DNA of 64,000 nucleotides. It comes from an uncultured Bacilli bacterium. Its GTDB lineage: Bacteria; Bacillota_I; Bacilli_A; RF39; UBA660. Shown piece after piece: positions 29,105 through 39,283 of this stretch; the stretch's first letter is position 1, and each line of letters opens with the position of its first letter. The stretch lies in assembly GCA_944359625.1 (NCBI GenBank), contig CALVSW010000004.1, forward strand, positions 30,000-93,999, read 5' to 3'. Made by a program: the position numbers and the translations under genes. The notes beneath the pieces were generated by a model. The model had not been told where the DNA came from and did not search any database. It was given only the letters and a program-made list of their open reading frames with translations.

Positions 29105-30856
29105 TTAATTCATAACTCTTTTAAACATTCTTTCTAAATCATAATTAGTAAATTTAATCATAGTAGGTCTTCCATGAGGACAATTATAGGGATTATCTGT
29201 TTTTACTAATTCATCTAATAGTTCACTCATAGCTTCTTTGGATATATGCATATTAGCTTTAATAGACATTTTACATGCTAAAGTAATCGCAGCACCTTCT
29301 CTAAATTTATCAGGATCAAATTTATTACCATAACTAATTACTAAATCGATAATTCTTCGAATACTTTCTTCTTCATACCCTTGTAGTAACCATGTAGGAT
29401 GTTCAGATATTTTAAAAGTATTAATACCAAATTCTTCTATTTTAAAACCAATACTATTTAAAAAATCTAGATGTTCTTTAATAATTAATGCTTCACTAGC
29501 ATTTAATTCAATAGTAATAGGAAATAAAGTTTTAATAGTTGTCGTTTTACTATCTTTTAAAGCTTTAAAAAATCTTTCATAATTTATTCTTTCTTGAGCT
29601 GCATGTTGATCAATTAAATACATTCCATCTTCATTTTCAGCAATAATATAAGTACCATGAACAGCTCCTACAGGAAATAATTTAAGTTGTTTTACTTCTT
29701 TATTAGGACTTACTATATCTAAAGGAGATTCTTCTACAGTAAATAAATCTAGCTCTGTTTGTTCTTCTTCTTTTTTTTCTTCTTTAATATTATCTTCAAT
29801 TATTTTATTAATTTCTTTTTTAGTAAAAACATCATTAGTTGCTTCAATTCTTCCTAAAGCACTTGGAATAAGTAAATTATTATATAAGGCATTTTTAATA
29901 GTATTCATGATTAAATCTGTTAATCCACTTATCTTACTTAACTTAATATCTTGTTTAGTTGGATGAATATTAACATCGATTAAAGTAGGATCAGTATTAA
30001 TATTAATAACTACTATTGGAAATTTAATATCTGGTTTATAAGTATAATAAGCATCATTTATAGCTTTATTTAATTCATTATTTCTAACTACTCTGCCATT
30101 TACAATTGTAGTCATATGATAACGATTAGATTTTAAAATTTCCGGTTTACATATATATCCATAAATATCATAATCATCATTTGAAGCTTTAATTTCAATT
30201 AACTTTGAAGATACTTGTAAACCATATATTTCATGAATAGTCTTTTTTAAATTTCCTGAACCACTAGTATTTACAATAACACGTTCGTTATTTGTTAGTT
30301 TAAAGCTAATATTTGGATAACTTAAAGCTATTTTTTCTAAGTAAGAAACACAATTAGCTAATTCAGTTGCTTCAGTTTTTAAATATTTTAAACGTGCAGG
30401 AGTATTATAAAATAAATTTTTTACTTCTATTTTAGTACCAATTAAACTATCAGAATTTTCATTAACTAATAATTTTCCTCCCTTAATTTTAATATGGGTA
30501 CCAACACCACCAGTTGAAGTAGTTAAATCAACTTCACTTACCGCTGCAATAGAAGGAAGAGCTTCACCACGAAATCCTAAGGTATCGATAAAAAATAAAT
30601 CATCTTCTCTTAATAATTTTGAAGTAGCATGTCTTTGAAAAGCAAGTAAGGCATCATCTTTATCCATACCAATACCATTATCAATAACTTTAATACCATT
30701 TAAACCACCATTAATTAGTTCTACTTTTATATCATTAGCTAACGCATCTATAGAATTTTCTACTAATTCTTTAACTACCGAAGCAGCTTTTTCAACAACT
30801 TCTCCAGCTGATATTTTATTAGATAAATTTTCACTCATTATGTTAATTTTACCCAT
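29105..30856 (-). CDS. mutL: DNA mismatch repair protein MutL
   Basis: N-terminal GHKL ATPase block KISAGEVVEKAASVVKELVENSIDA. The ORF-track start at 30871 overlaps yqeH; a start around 30856 (MGKINIM) is more plausible. Confidence 0.85.
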   Translation of the reverse strand: MGKINIMSENLSNKISAGEVVEKAASVVKELVENSIDALANDIKVELINGGLNGIKVIDNGIGMDKDDALLAFQRHATSKLLREDDLFFIDTLGFRGEALPSIAAVSEVDLTTSTGGVGTHIKIKGGKLLVNENSDSLIGTKIEVKNLFYNTPARLKYLKTEATELANCVSYLEKIALSYPNISFKLTNNERVIVNTSGSGNLKKTIHEIYGLQVSSKLIEIKASNDDYDIYGYICKPEILKSNRYHMTTIVNGRVVRNNELNKAINDAYYTYKPDIKFPIVVININTDPTLIDVNIHPTKQDIKLSKISGLTDLIMNTIKNALYNNLLIPSALGRIEATNDVFTKKEINKIIEDNIKEEKKEEEQTELDLFTVEESPLDIVSPNKEVKQLKLFPVGAVHGTYIIAENEDGMYLIDQHAAQERINYERFFKALKDSKTTTIKTLFPITIELNASEALIIKEHLDFLNSIGFKIEEFGINTFKISEHPTWLLQGYEEESIRRIIDLVISYGNKFDPDKFREGAAITLACKMSIKANMHISKEAMSELLDELVKTDNPYNCPHGRPTMIKFTNYDLERMFKRVMN

Positions 30857-31820
30857 TATTATTGCCCCCAAATATAGATATTCTAGTACTTACTATATCT
30901 AAATATTTATTACTAATTTTTAAATTACAAGCTTTTTTAATATTTATAAAACCTAGTCCGGTTATAACTAAATCAGTATTATCTGGAATAAATATACTAC
31001 TAAAATCTTTTATATCTAAATTAAATTTTTTTTCTAATTTTATATCATTACTAAAATAAGTCGTAATACTATTAATACCAAAATTACTAATAACTAAATC
31101 ATTTTCTATTACTAAACTAGTATTTTCTTTAGTTTGATAAGTTATTGTTTTAATTTCTTTCATACAATTTACTTTTTTTACTAATTTACTATTTATATCT
31201 ACTATACTTTTTTTATACTTAAAACCAGGTGTATCAGTAATAGTTAAATCATCAATTTTAATATTTAAAAAATCTAATGTAGTATCTGGTAAATAACTTT
31301 CAGTTATAATTTTATTATCTAATAAAGAATTTATTAATGTACTTTTACCAGAATTAGTATAGCCAACAATATAACAGCTATTAATACCTTTATTAAGCAT
31401 CTCTTTTATTATAATATTTTTATTTTCTTTTTTCTTAGCAGATACTAAATAAATATCTTCTTCTATATTATAATTATTTCTTAAATATTCAATAATATTA
31501 TTATCTTTAATACTTTTAGGAATAATATCTTTTTTTGTAATTAATAAAGTTTTTGAATATTTAAATTTTTTATATGTTTTAATTACTTCATCACTAATAT
31601 TTAAAATATCAATTAAAAAGAAAACATGTTTCTTATTTTCATTAATTATTTTTATTAATGTATCATTATCTTTATTTACAACTTCTTTTTTTAATTCACC
31701 ATAATTCTTTAATCGATGACAACGCATACATATTTTAAATTTTAAATCTGGTACATATCCATTAATTTCCTTATCAGTATTTTGAAGAACTGCACCACAT
31801 CCAAGACATCTTTTAACCAT
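30849..31820 (-). CDS. yqeH: Ribosome biogenesis GTPase YqeH (circularly permuted GTPase with N-terminal zinc ribbon)
   Basis: MVKRCLGCGAVLQ...CMRCHRLKNY zinc-finger N-terminus, then a GTPase. Start ATG 31820 with GAGGT RBS; overlaps the yqeG stop, as in the B. subtilis yqeG-yqeH operon. Confidence 0.8.
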   Translation of the reverse strand: MVKRCLGCGAVLQNTDKEINGYVPDLKFKICMRCHRLKNYGELKKEVVNKDNDTLIKIINENKKHVFFLIDILNISDEVIKTYKKFKYSKTLLITKKDIIPKSIKDNNIIEYLRNNYNIEEDIYLVSAKKKENKNIIIKEMLNKGINSCYIVGYTNSGKSTLINSLLDNKIITESYLPDTTLDFLNIKIDDLTITDTPGFKYKKSIVDINSKLVKKVNCMKEIKTITYQTKENTSLVIENDLVISNFGINSITTYFSNDIKLEKKFNLDIKDFSSIFIPDNTDLVITGLGFINIKKACNLKISNKYLDIVSTRISIFGGNNNG

Positions 31821-32334
31821 AATAATTACCTCGTTTAAAACTTCCTTTTTTCTCAAAAGAATTTAATATTTTTCTTTCTATAAATCGATTTAATTTAGTC
31901 CATACAAAATCTTCTTCATTAATTTTATCAACAAAAATAGATGTAAAATTCATTTTATTAGCACCCCAAATATCTGTTAATATTTGATCTCCTATACATG
32001 CTATTTCACTATCTTTATAACCATATTTTTGTTTAATTATTTTATACTTTTTTTTAAGCGGTTTACAAGAAGAATAAGCCGAATCAACATTTAATTCTTC
32101 TTTAAAAGGTGTTACTCTTTTTTTACCACTATTAGACATAATAATTATTTTAAAACTTAAATCATCTAAATAAGCAAAAAGTTCTTTTATTTTTCTTGTA
32201 GGTCTTTTGGCATAAATAGACACTAAAGTATTATCTAAATCAAATATTAAACACTTTATTCCGTTTTCTTTTAATTTTTTATAATCGATTTTATATATAT
32301 CTTTAGCATAAATATCTGGATAAAATGAATTCAT
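31813..32334 (-). CDS. yqeG: YqeG-family HAD-IIIA phosphatase
   Basis: IKCLIFDLDNTLV HAD motif I; about 170 aa; sits upstream of yqeH. Confidence 0.8.
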   Translation of the reverse strand: MNSFYPDIYAKDIYKIDYKKLKENGIKCLIFDLDNTLVSIYAKRPTRKIKELFAYLDDLSFKIIIMSNSGKKRVTPFKEELNVDSAYSSCKPLKKKYKIIKQKYGYKDSEIACIGDQILTDIWGANKMNFTSIFVDKINEEDFVWTKLNRFIERKILNSFEKKGSFKRGNYYG

Positions 32335-32377
32335 AAATATTTTCCTTTCTTATTAAAAGCAAGATATATCTTGCTTT

Positions 32378-32935
32378 TTAATTACAATCATCAGTTTTAC
32401 TTTTTGTTAAAAATCCTGTACATTCACTATCTAAACACAAAAATTTATCCTTATAATATAATTTAAAATTATCAAGTGTTAAAACATTATTTTTTTCTTC
32501 ATACTTTCCTTTATATTCCTTGGCATCAACATTATCTAAATTTAATCCGTAATTATAAGTACCATCTTTAAGAACTAATTTTTGACTAGTTACTTCAAAA
32601 CTTTTAACTTCAACACTTTTTACACCATCTAAATCTTTTAAGATATCTTCACTATCATTCATTCCTACTTTATTATTAAAATAAATATTTATCGTTGTAT
32701 TTCCTTTTTCAATATCATCAACAATATCAAAACCTCTTAAATAATTTAGATTTTCTACTTTATCTAAAATGTTATTATATTCTTTAGTTGTATAATTATC
32801 TTCTAAAATAACTAATGTACTGAAGACTTCACTTTTTTGACACCATGTTCCCTCATATTTAGAACACCCACAAAGTAACATAATCATAAATATTAATGTT
32901 AGAATTTTTTTCATAAATACTCCTAAAAACACCAT
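32378..32935 (-). CDS. Lipoprotein (hypothetical)
   Basis: MKKILTLIFMIMLLCGCS signal peptide plus lipobox. Confidence 0.5.
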   Translation of the reverse strand: MVFLGVFMKKILTLIFMIMLLCGCSKYEGTWCQKSEVFSTLVILEDNYTTKEYNNILDKVENLNYLRGFDIVDDIEKGNTTINIYFNNKVGMNDSEDILKDLDGVKSVEVKSFEVTSQKLVLKDGTYNYGLNLDNVDAKEYKGKYEEKNNVLTLDNFKLYYKDKFLCLDSECTGFLTKSKTDDCN

Positions 32936-32965
32936 TATTATATCATAAGAATTAAGCTTTTTAAA

Positions 32966-33223
32966 TTAATTATCAAGTAGTACTTGAGTTACATCATAAT
33001 TATAAATTTCTAAAATGCTAGCTAATCTTCTACTTTTACTACCATGACGACAATAAACATAATACTTTTTACTTTTATCTAAAAGAGTAGCAAAATTATA
33101 AATTAATTCATTATACGGAATATTTATAGCCCTTTTATCATGCCATTGTTGATAACTATAATTATCTTCTAAATCTATTAAGATGCCATCATTCGGATAT
33201 TCACTTAATTTTATAGATTTCAT
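32966..33223 (-). CDS. Single-domain rhodanese-like protein
   Basis: YVYCRHGSKSRRLA active-site Cys loop; 85 aa. Confidence 0.6.
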   Translation of the reverse strand: MKSIKLSEYPNDGILIDLEDNYSYQQWHDKRAINIPYNELIYNFATLLDKSKKYYVYCRHGSKSRRLASILEIYNYDVTQVLLDN

Positions 33224-33254
33224 ATAATACCTCCTAAAGTAAAATATGCTTTTT

Positions 33255-33480
33255 TAACTCTAGCAGTTATTACAATTCCCACACAGATTGATTAACGGAC
33301 GCAAGCCATGGCCGTGCGTCACATTGTAGTAGCCGCTAGCATAGCCAGTCGCGCTCTGAATGAACTCATAAGCAGCCGAACCGCCAATGTGGAAATAGGA
33401 CGGCGACATGGACCAATAAGAGCCATTTGGGTAGTATTAGTTAAGCGATTCATATATCCGGTGGCAAATATCAAAATGTA
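33255..33480. other. GC-rich (~58% GC) island in a ~25% GC background; candidate structured non-coding RNA of unidentified family
   Basis: Sharp compositional jump with no SD-preceded ORF. Sits between a terminator (33483-33515) and the rhodanese gene. See findings. Confidence 0.35.
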
Positions 33481-33482
33481 TT

Positions 33483-33515
33483 AAAAAACTCGTTTTTATA
33501 AAGTTAAAACGAGTT
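33483..33515 (-). terminator. Rho-independent terminator ending the T4SS-like operon
   Basis: Minus strand reads AACTCGTTTT-aactttata-AAAACGAGTT followed by TTTTTT, 8 nt after the VirD4-like stop. Confidence 0.6.
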
Positions 33516-33523
33516 AATATTTA

Positions 33524-36082
33524 TTAATAGTCATCATCACCAAAGAAATCATCAAAGAATTCATCATCAGATATTATATTATTATTAACAACAACAGAAT
33601 CAACATCAACATTAATCTTTGGTTTATCTTCTTTTTTGCTTTCAATAACCAAATTATCATTCGTTACTGGAGTAGTCTTTATTTCTGTTTTTGGTACTTC
33701 ATCTAGAACTTCGACATCCTCTGCATCTTTTTCTGAAGATAAATCATTATAACTTGGAAGCTCATAGTTGGTATCAATAGATACTTTTATTGGTTCACTC
33801 TTATTTATTTCTGGTTTTATAAGCTTAGGATTTTCTTTTGGAGTAACCTCTTTTTCCTTTATAATTTCAGGAATCTCTTCAGTAATCTTAGGTTCTTCCT
33901 CTACCTTCTTTTGTTCTGGTTGCTCAATAGGAATTTCTTTTTCAATAGGTTTTATGTCTTCCTTAGGTTTAGAATCTAATTTAGATGTATCTAATTTCAT
34001 AGTCATACCTAAGTAATCATCGATATTTGGCTTTTTAACACTATCTTCTAAATTCTTTAAAGCAGCTTCCGTCATGGCTTTACTATCAGGAATTTTATTA
34101 TTTAAATTTTCTTTTTGACGAGCTTCTTCAGCATCTAATTCCGCAATTTTTTTATCAATATCACGCATCATCGCATCTAAATCTATTTTATTACTTCCGC
34201 CAAAAGGATTGGAAGTTTCTGGTTTAGTTGGTGTACTTTGAAATGGATTAGATGTTGCAAATGGATTATTTGATGCAAAAGGATTAAATGGCATATCAAA
34301 AGGATTACCACCAAAGCCTGGATTTGAACCGAAAGGACTATTTCCAAAATTAGCCATACTTTTTTCTTTCTTCTTTTCATTAACAAAACCTTTGATATCA
34401 AATAAAGCTACAGGTTTAGCAGCTCTTTGTGGAAAAGATGCATCGCTTGCTTGATAGCCCCAATCGACCTTATCATTGAAAGGTAACTTTGTTTTAAATG
34501 GACTCTTTCGAATACGCATTAATATCGCTTCACCAAACTTTAATTTTTGTAAATCTGTTACCGTTACTAAAGGTGTAGAAGCTGTTTTATCTTTTTCTTT
34601 AGATTTTACTTCACCACACATTTTACTAATTTCTTCTAAAGCAGCAAGTTCGGTAGATATTAAATAAATTGTATTACCACAGTTACCACGAATTACTTCC
34701 GCTACTTCTTTACCATAAACATCATTTAATTGGGCAAAGTTTTGAATAATAAATGTAAAGCGCATTTGTCTACTACGGGCAGCAGTTACCATTGAATCAA
34801 CATCTTTTAATGGTGGCATGTTAGCAAACTCATCTAAAATGAAGTTAGTTCTAATTGGTAATTTACCACCATTTTCTTGGGCAACATCAATTAGTGTTTC
34901 ATAACATTGTTTAATAAAAATAGTAGCTAATGCATGATAAGTAGTTTTTTCATCATGAACAACTATAAATACAGCAGTTTTTTCACGGCCAATATCTAAG
35001 ATACTAAAATCACTATGACCTAACATCTCTGATAAATTTTCACGAGATGCAAATAAACGTATTTTTTGTCTAAAAGTTGAAACTATACCACCTTTAGTAT
35101 CACTTGGAGCATTAATTGTTCCTGATGCAAAAGTGTAGGCACTTGAAGATTCACCTTTTAATAAGAAATATTCTTTAGCATAGTTAGAAGCTCCTAATCT
35201 TTCTTCACCAATCGTAGCCATTAAACTAATAGAATTAATATTTATTTCTTCTTCTTTAGCATCTTGAAATAGTCCTAAAGCTAAACCAGAAAAGTAATCA
35301 GCTGCAGATTTTTCCCAGAATGGTTCGCCCTTATTATTAGCATCATACAAAATATTTAAAGCAACATCATCTAATAATTCAGTAGCTTTATCCATATTTC
35401 CCATCTTGTAATATTGATATGGTAAGGTCAAAGGATTCCAAGCATTACCTTTTAATGGATCACGAAAATTTAAAATAATTACTTTGTAGCCTAATTCTTT
35501 TAATTTATTAGCAGCAGCAACATATAACTCACCCTTAGGGTCAGTTATAATCATAGATTCACCCTTTTTTGCTAACAAATTAACCATCGGTTTAACTACA
35601 CAACGTGATTTACCAGAACCAGAAGAACCAATTACTAAAGTATGATATTCACCATTATCAACCCACATTTCATTATTTTTACCTGTACATAAAGGAACAC
35701 CAGCAGCATTTAATGTTGCATCAGTAGTAATTACTTTAGCGACATCTCTATCAGTTTTAATATCTTTATCTTTAGCCCAACTAGAATAGCCTTTTTCTTC
35801 TTTTTCTTTAACTATAATACCTAATCCTTTTTTTTCTCTTTCAAAAACATAAGAAGATACAGAAGAGAAAATCATAATTAGTGCTAGAAAAAATAAAAGT
35901 AACGTTATTGGTAAATAAACACCTGAAAAAGCAGGAATAGGATTTAAACCCCATAATCTTCCTTCAGCACCAAAATTAATAAAATTTAAAACACTGATTG
36001 CACATAAATATAATAAAAATAAGCAAAATATCACAAATATAATTAAATCTTTAGAAGTTATTCTAAATTTCATTAACAACAC
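33524..36082 (-). CDS. Type IV secretion coupling protein (VirD4/TraG/TcpA/PcfC-like ATPase)
   Basis: N-terminal TM helices, Walker A VIGSSGSGKSR, Walker B FILDEFANMP. Long low-complexity acidic/proline C-terminal tail. Confidence 0.8.
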   Translation of the reverse strand: MLLMKFRITSKDLIIFVIFCLFLLYLCAISVLNFINFGAEGRLWGLNPIPAFSGVYLPITLLLFFLALIMIFSSVSSYVFEREKKGLGIIVKEKEEKGYSSWAKDKDIKTDRDVAKVITTDATLNAAGVPLCTGKNNEMWVDNGEYHTLVIGSSGSGKSRCVVKPMVNLLAKKGESMIITDPKGELYVAAANKLKELGYKVIILNFRDPLKGNAWNPLTLPYQYYKMGNMDKATELLDDVALNILYDANNKGEPFWEKSAADYFSGLALGLFQDAKEEEININSISLMATIGEERLGASNYAKEYFLLKGESSSAYTFASGTINAPSDTKGGIVSTFRQKIRLFASRENLSEMLGHSDFSILDIGREKTAVFIVVHDEKTTYHALATIFIKQCYETLIDVAQENGGKLPIRTNFILDEFANMPPLKDVDSMVTAARSRQMRFTFIIQNFAQLNDVYGKEVAEVIRGNCGNTIYLISTELAALEEISKMCGEVKSKEKDKTASTPLVTVTDLQKLKFGEAILMRIRKSPFKTKLPFNDKVDWGYQASDASFPQRAAKPVALFDIKGFVNEKKKEKSMANFGNSPFGSNPGFGGNPFDMPFNPFASNNPFATSNPFQSTPTKPETSNPFGGSNKIDLDAMMRDIDKKIAELDAEEARQKENLNNKIPDSKAMTEAALKNLEDSVKKPNIDDYLGMTMKLDTSKLDSKPKEDIKPIEKEIPIEQPEQKKVEEEPKITEEIPEIIKEKEVTPKENPKLIKPEINKSEPIKVSIDTNYELPSYNDLSSEKDAEDVEVLDEVPKTEIKTTPVTNDNLVIESKKEDKPKINVDVDSVVVNNNIISDDEFFDDFFGDDDY

Positions 36083-36124
36083 CCAATTTCTATATTACAT
36101 TATACAATAACAAATAAATAATAT

Positions 36125-36859
36125 CTATGTATTTTTATTCTTTTTTTTCAATATAAGAATCATTAAAATTATATAAACTAAAAATCCTACAATTATCAAA
36201 ATGATATTTATAATACTATTATTTTCTTCAGTATTTTGACTATCTGGAATATCTTCATTATCAGGATTTTCCTCTTCTTCTTTATTTTTAGCAAGGGAAA
36301 TAAAAATATTTTTATTTAAATAATTATCACGACTAAATAACCATGTATACTCATTATTATTTACTAAATCAGCATTACTATTCGTAACAGCTAAATCAGT
36401 TTTAATCGTAATAATAACACTAGTTAAATCAGGAGCTAAATCAAAGTATTTAAGACCTTTACTAGTCGAAATAATTATATTATCATTATTATCTAAAAAA
36501 CTTTTAGTATTATTAGCAAATAACCATGTTGGTGTATTATTTAATTTTTCTAATTGATTATTATTATTTAAACTATACATATAACCAGTATCATTTTGTA
36601 ATAATAAGTTTTTAGCATAACAATCTTCTAGTTTTTCACATATAAGATTATTTAACTCAGTTAGTTCAGTTATTTCACGAGGATAATATTCGTTATAAGT
36701 ATTAGCAATATCTGTTATATTTCTAGTAGTAGTAACAAAATCATTAACGATTACTTCCTCATCAAAACTATCTTCAGTAATCGTAATGTTATAGTTAACA
36801 GTACAACCACTCATTATTAAACTAAATAATAATATTAAAATTAATTTAATTTTGTTCAT
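36125..36859 (-). CDS. T4SS-associated lipoprotein with C-terminal TM anchor
   Basis: Probable start MNKIKLILILLFSLIMSGC (lipobox). Hydrophobic C-terminus IINIILIIVGFLVYIILMILIL. Lies between the hydrolase and coupling-protein genes. Confidence 0.5.
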   Translation of the reverse strand: MNKIKLILILLFSLIMSGCTVNYNITITEDSFDEEVIVNDFVTTTRNITDIANTYNEYYPREITELTELNNLICEKLEDCYAKNLLLQNDTGYMYSLNNNNQLEKLNNTPTWLFANNTKSFLDNNDNIIISTSKGLKYFDLAPDLTSVIITIKTDLAVTNSNADLVNNNEYTWLFSRDNYLNKNIFISLAKNKEEEENPDNEDIPDSQNTEENNSIINIILIIVGFLVYIILMILILKKKNKNT

Positions 36860-36864
36860 TTTTA

Positions 36865-39237
36865 TCACCCACACAATCCTGGTAAATATGTTAATGGATC
36901 TACTCGACTTCCATTTACAAACACTTCAAAATGCAAATGGTTTCCAGTAGCAGCACCAGTTTGACCTACATAACCGATTAAAGTGCCCGCAGTAACTGTA
37001 GAACCAATTTGTAAATCTGAAGGCTTTATCATATGAGCATAGAGAGTTTCAATCCCATTATTTCCAGCTATTCGAACATAATACCCATAACCATCAGAAT
37101 CATTACCATTTATCGTAACTGTACCATCATGTGCAGCATATATTGGTGTATTAGCTGGTCTAGCTATGTCGATGCCATTATGATTTTTTTGAACACCACT
37201 TATTGGATGAACACGATTGCCATACATCGAAGAACAATTACCCGTAGTTTCTAATGGATACATTAATCCATACGAATTAACTTCCCCATTTAAATTATAA
37301 TTCTTTAAACTTGAAGATAATACTGCATTATCATAATAGAAATTTAATATTTCATTATAAAGTTTTCCTTGTACGGTTGACATATAATAAGCACCATACT
37401 GACTCATTCCACGGCCATGACCACCATCACCATCAGTTCCACAAGGATGTTCTAAATACGATGTTCCACTCCATTTTGGAACATTTTCATAAGCCCAAGC
37501 AATTGGTATAGCTTGATGTTTTTGGGCTAAATAATAGTTAGTGCTATCTTTAGATTCATAGCAAAAAGCATCATATTCAGTTGAAACTAAATTACCGGCA
37601 CCATCAGTCATTATTTGACCAGTAGTTTGCGATACAGCATCAATAATTTGTTGATTAGTTGTTGGACGGAATGCTTGCGTATTAGTACTACTTGTAATAT
37701 AGCATACACCATCAGTATTTTGCGATCTTGTAAATAAATACGTACGTGCTGCTACAGAGAAAGCTTTAAAAGTTTCAGTATCTTGAAATCCTCCTACTTC
37801 ATGGCTAATAACACCAGCTACATAATCATCTAAAGTATAAGTTCCCATGTAATCACCAGATGTAACAGTAACATTATCACAGCCATTAACATCTACATAT
37901 GATAGTTCTGGAGAAGGCTGATACATATCACAAATTGGAAATATTTCAAATGGCTCTAATTCTAATTTTTCTACTTTAAATAATTTTTTAATAGTTTCAT
38001 CATAGTTAGTTCCCTGATTCAAAGCACTTAAGTCTAATTCTATTTTAGGAGCATAACCGATAATTATCTCACTTTTACCTAAAGATACAGCATTAGTAAT
38101 ATTATCTTGACTATCATCTGTTGATTCAGTATTATTTTCAGGAATATTTAATAAAGTATATTTATTGGTATCTTTTAATGTACAAGTACTTTCACCACTA
38201 TTAATAGACGAATTAATTAATAAATCAGAATTTACTACCACTCCTAAAGCATGATAATCTTCAGCATTACTAGTATATGAGCCAAAATAATAATTAACAG
38301 CACCTGCTAAATATTCATCAATTGTATAAGTACCTGCAGAGGGACCATCTGGTATAATAACGGTATTACAAGTAGGATTATTAACACAGTTAACATCAGC
38401 ATCTTCATTATAATCATAAATGTTATTTGAAACTATTCCAGATATTATAAAAATTATAATTAATAAAGCAAGTATTATTACTATAAATAACATAATAAAT
38501 GGGATTAAGGGAGCAATAACAGAAAGTGTTAACTTAAATGAAGTAGATCTTCCTAATAATATATTTTTTGTAAATTTTTTATTTTCATTTGTAGGTTCAT
38601 CATTATTATCAGATTTTTCTTTTTGAGATTCATTATTACTTTTAGAATTTTTATCTTTTAAAGGTTCTGAACTATCATCTTGTTTATCATCAAAACTTTC
38701 TTCTTCTGGTAAAGAATCTATAGTTTGATTAAACTTATTTTGTATATTTTTGCCATAATTCTTTATTTTATTTCTAGTTTTTCCTACCAAAGAAGCAGCT
38801 GTTCCTAACATTCCTAATTTGCTTTTAGGATTTAAAATGTTAGATAATTTTTCTTTATTTTCTTTTGTTTCTTCACTTACTTTTGGTGAACTATTTTTGC
38901 TTTCTTTTTCGTCTTCATTTACTTTTGGTATAGTGTCTTTATTTTCTTTTTCTAAAGATTTTTTTTGTGATTTATTAAGTGCTTTCCCACCATTTTCAAG
39001 CATTTTATCAACAGCTGGATTATCTAAAGTTTTTTTTACAGCCTGTCCTGCTGCAGCTCCAGCAGGTCCTCCAATTGCACCACCAATTACTGGAGCAGCA
39101 TTTTTTATTACTTTACGCCCAAGCTTTGATTGCAAACCTTTACTAGCTAAATTGCCAACCATATTTTTATTATAGGAAATCGGTTGCTTTGGATTTTGCT
39201 GAGGTTCTGTAGAAGAGTTCTTTTTTTCTTCGTCCAT
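36865..39237 (-). CDS. Bifunctional cell-wall hydrolase: SpoIID/LytB-like lytic transglycosylase domain plus C-terminal M23 (LytM) peptidase; functional VirB1 analogue
   Basis: GGHGRGMSQYGAYYMS is the SpoIID-family signature. C-terminus HNGIDIA...GNHLHFEV is the M23 HxxxD/HxH motif. Long charged cytoplasmic N-tail and one TM, as in PrgK/TcpG-type T4SS hydrolases. Confidence 0.75.
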   Translation of the reverse strand: MDEEKKNSSTEPQQNPKQPISYNKNMVGNLASKGLQSKLGRKVIKNAAPVIGGAIGGPAGAAAGQAVKKTLDNPAVDKMLENGGKALNKSQKKSLEKENKDTIPKVNEDEKESKNSSPKVSEETKENKEKLSNILNPKSKLGMLGTAASLVGKTRNKIKNYGKNIQNKFNQTIDSLPEEESFDDKQDDSSEPLKDKNSKSNNESQKEKSDNNDEPTNENKKFTKNILLGRSTSFKLTLSVIAPLIPFIMLFIVIILALLIIIFIISGIVSNNIYDYNEDADVNCVNNPTCNTVIIPDGPSAGTYTIDEYLAGAVNYYFGSYTSNAEDYHALGVVVNSDLLINSSINSGESTCTLKDTNKYTLLNIPENNTESTDDSQDNITNAVSLGKSEIIIGYAPKIELDLSALNQGTNYDETIKKLFKVEKLELEPFEIFPICDMYQPSPELSYVDVNGCDNVTVTSGDYMGTYTLDDYVAGVISHEVGGFQDTETFKAFSVAARTYLFTRSQNTDGVCYITSSTNTQAFRPTTNQQIIDAVSQTTGQIMTDGAGNLVSTEYDAFCYESKDSTNYYLAQKHQAIPIAWAYENVPKWSGTSYLEHPCGTDGDGGHGRGMSQYGAYYMSTVQGKLYNEILNFYYDNAVLSSSLKNYNLNGEVNSYGLMYPLETTGNCSSMYGNRVHPISGVQKNHNGIDIARPANTPIYAAHDGTVTINGNDSDGYGYYVRIAGNNGIETLYAHMIKPSDLQIGSTVTAGTLIGYVGQTGAATGNHLHFEVFVNGSRVDPLTYLPGLCG

Positions 39238-39283
39238 AAAAACACCACCATCACTATGTAAATTTTATCATAAAATAGTGGTT

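Noticed and set aside
30862-31059. 65-aa plus-strand ORF overlapping the mutL/yqeH junction
   Set aside because: Entirely antisense to well-supported genes, with low-complexity translation and no RBS. The same reasoning applies to the other short antisense ORFs in the track (33768-34016, 34183-34401, 34476-34667, 37033-37254, 37311-37511, 38420-38626, 38819-39175, 40077-40277, 45680-45865, 50755-50967).
33255-33480. GC-rich island as tmRNA, SRP RNA, RNase P RNA, T-box or B12 riboswitch, or as a small bacteriocin-like CDS
   Set aside because: No tRNA-like 3' end or tag-peptide frame (tmRNA). No GGAA-tetraloop/AGCAGCCAAGG domain-IV signature beyond a short AAGCAGCC match (SRP). Too short for RNase P. 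T-box and B12-box consensus not found. The 49-58-aa ORFs lack an SD and have non-host codon usage. Kept as an unidentified ncRNA candidate rather than any specific family.
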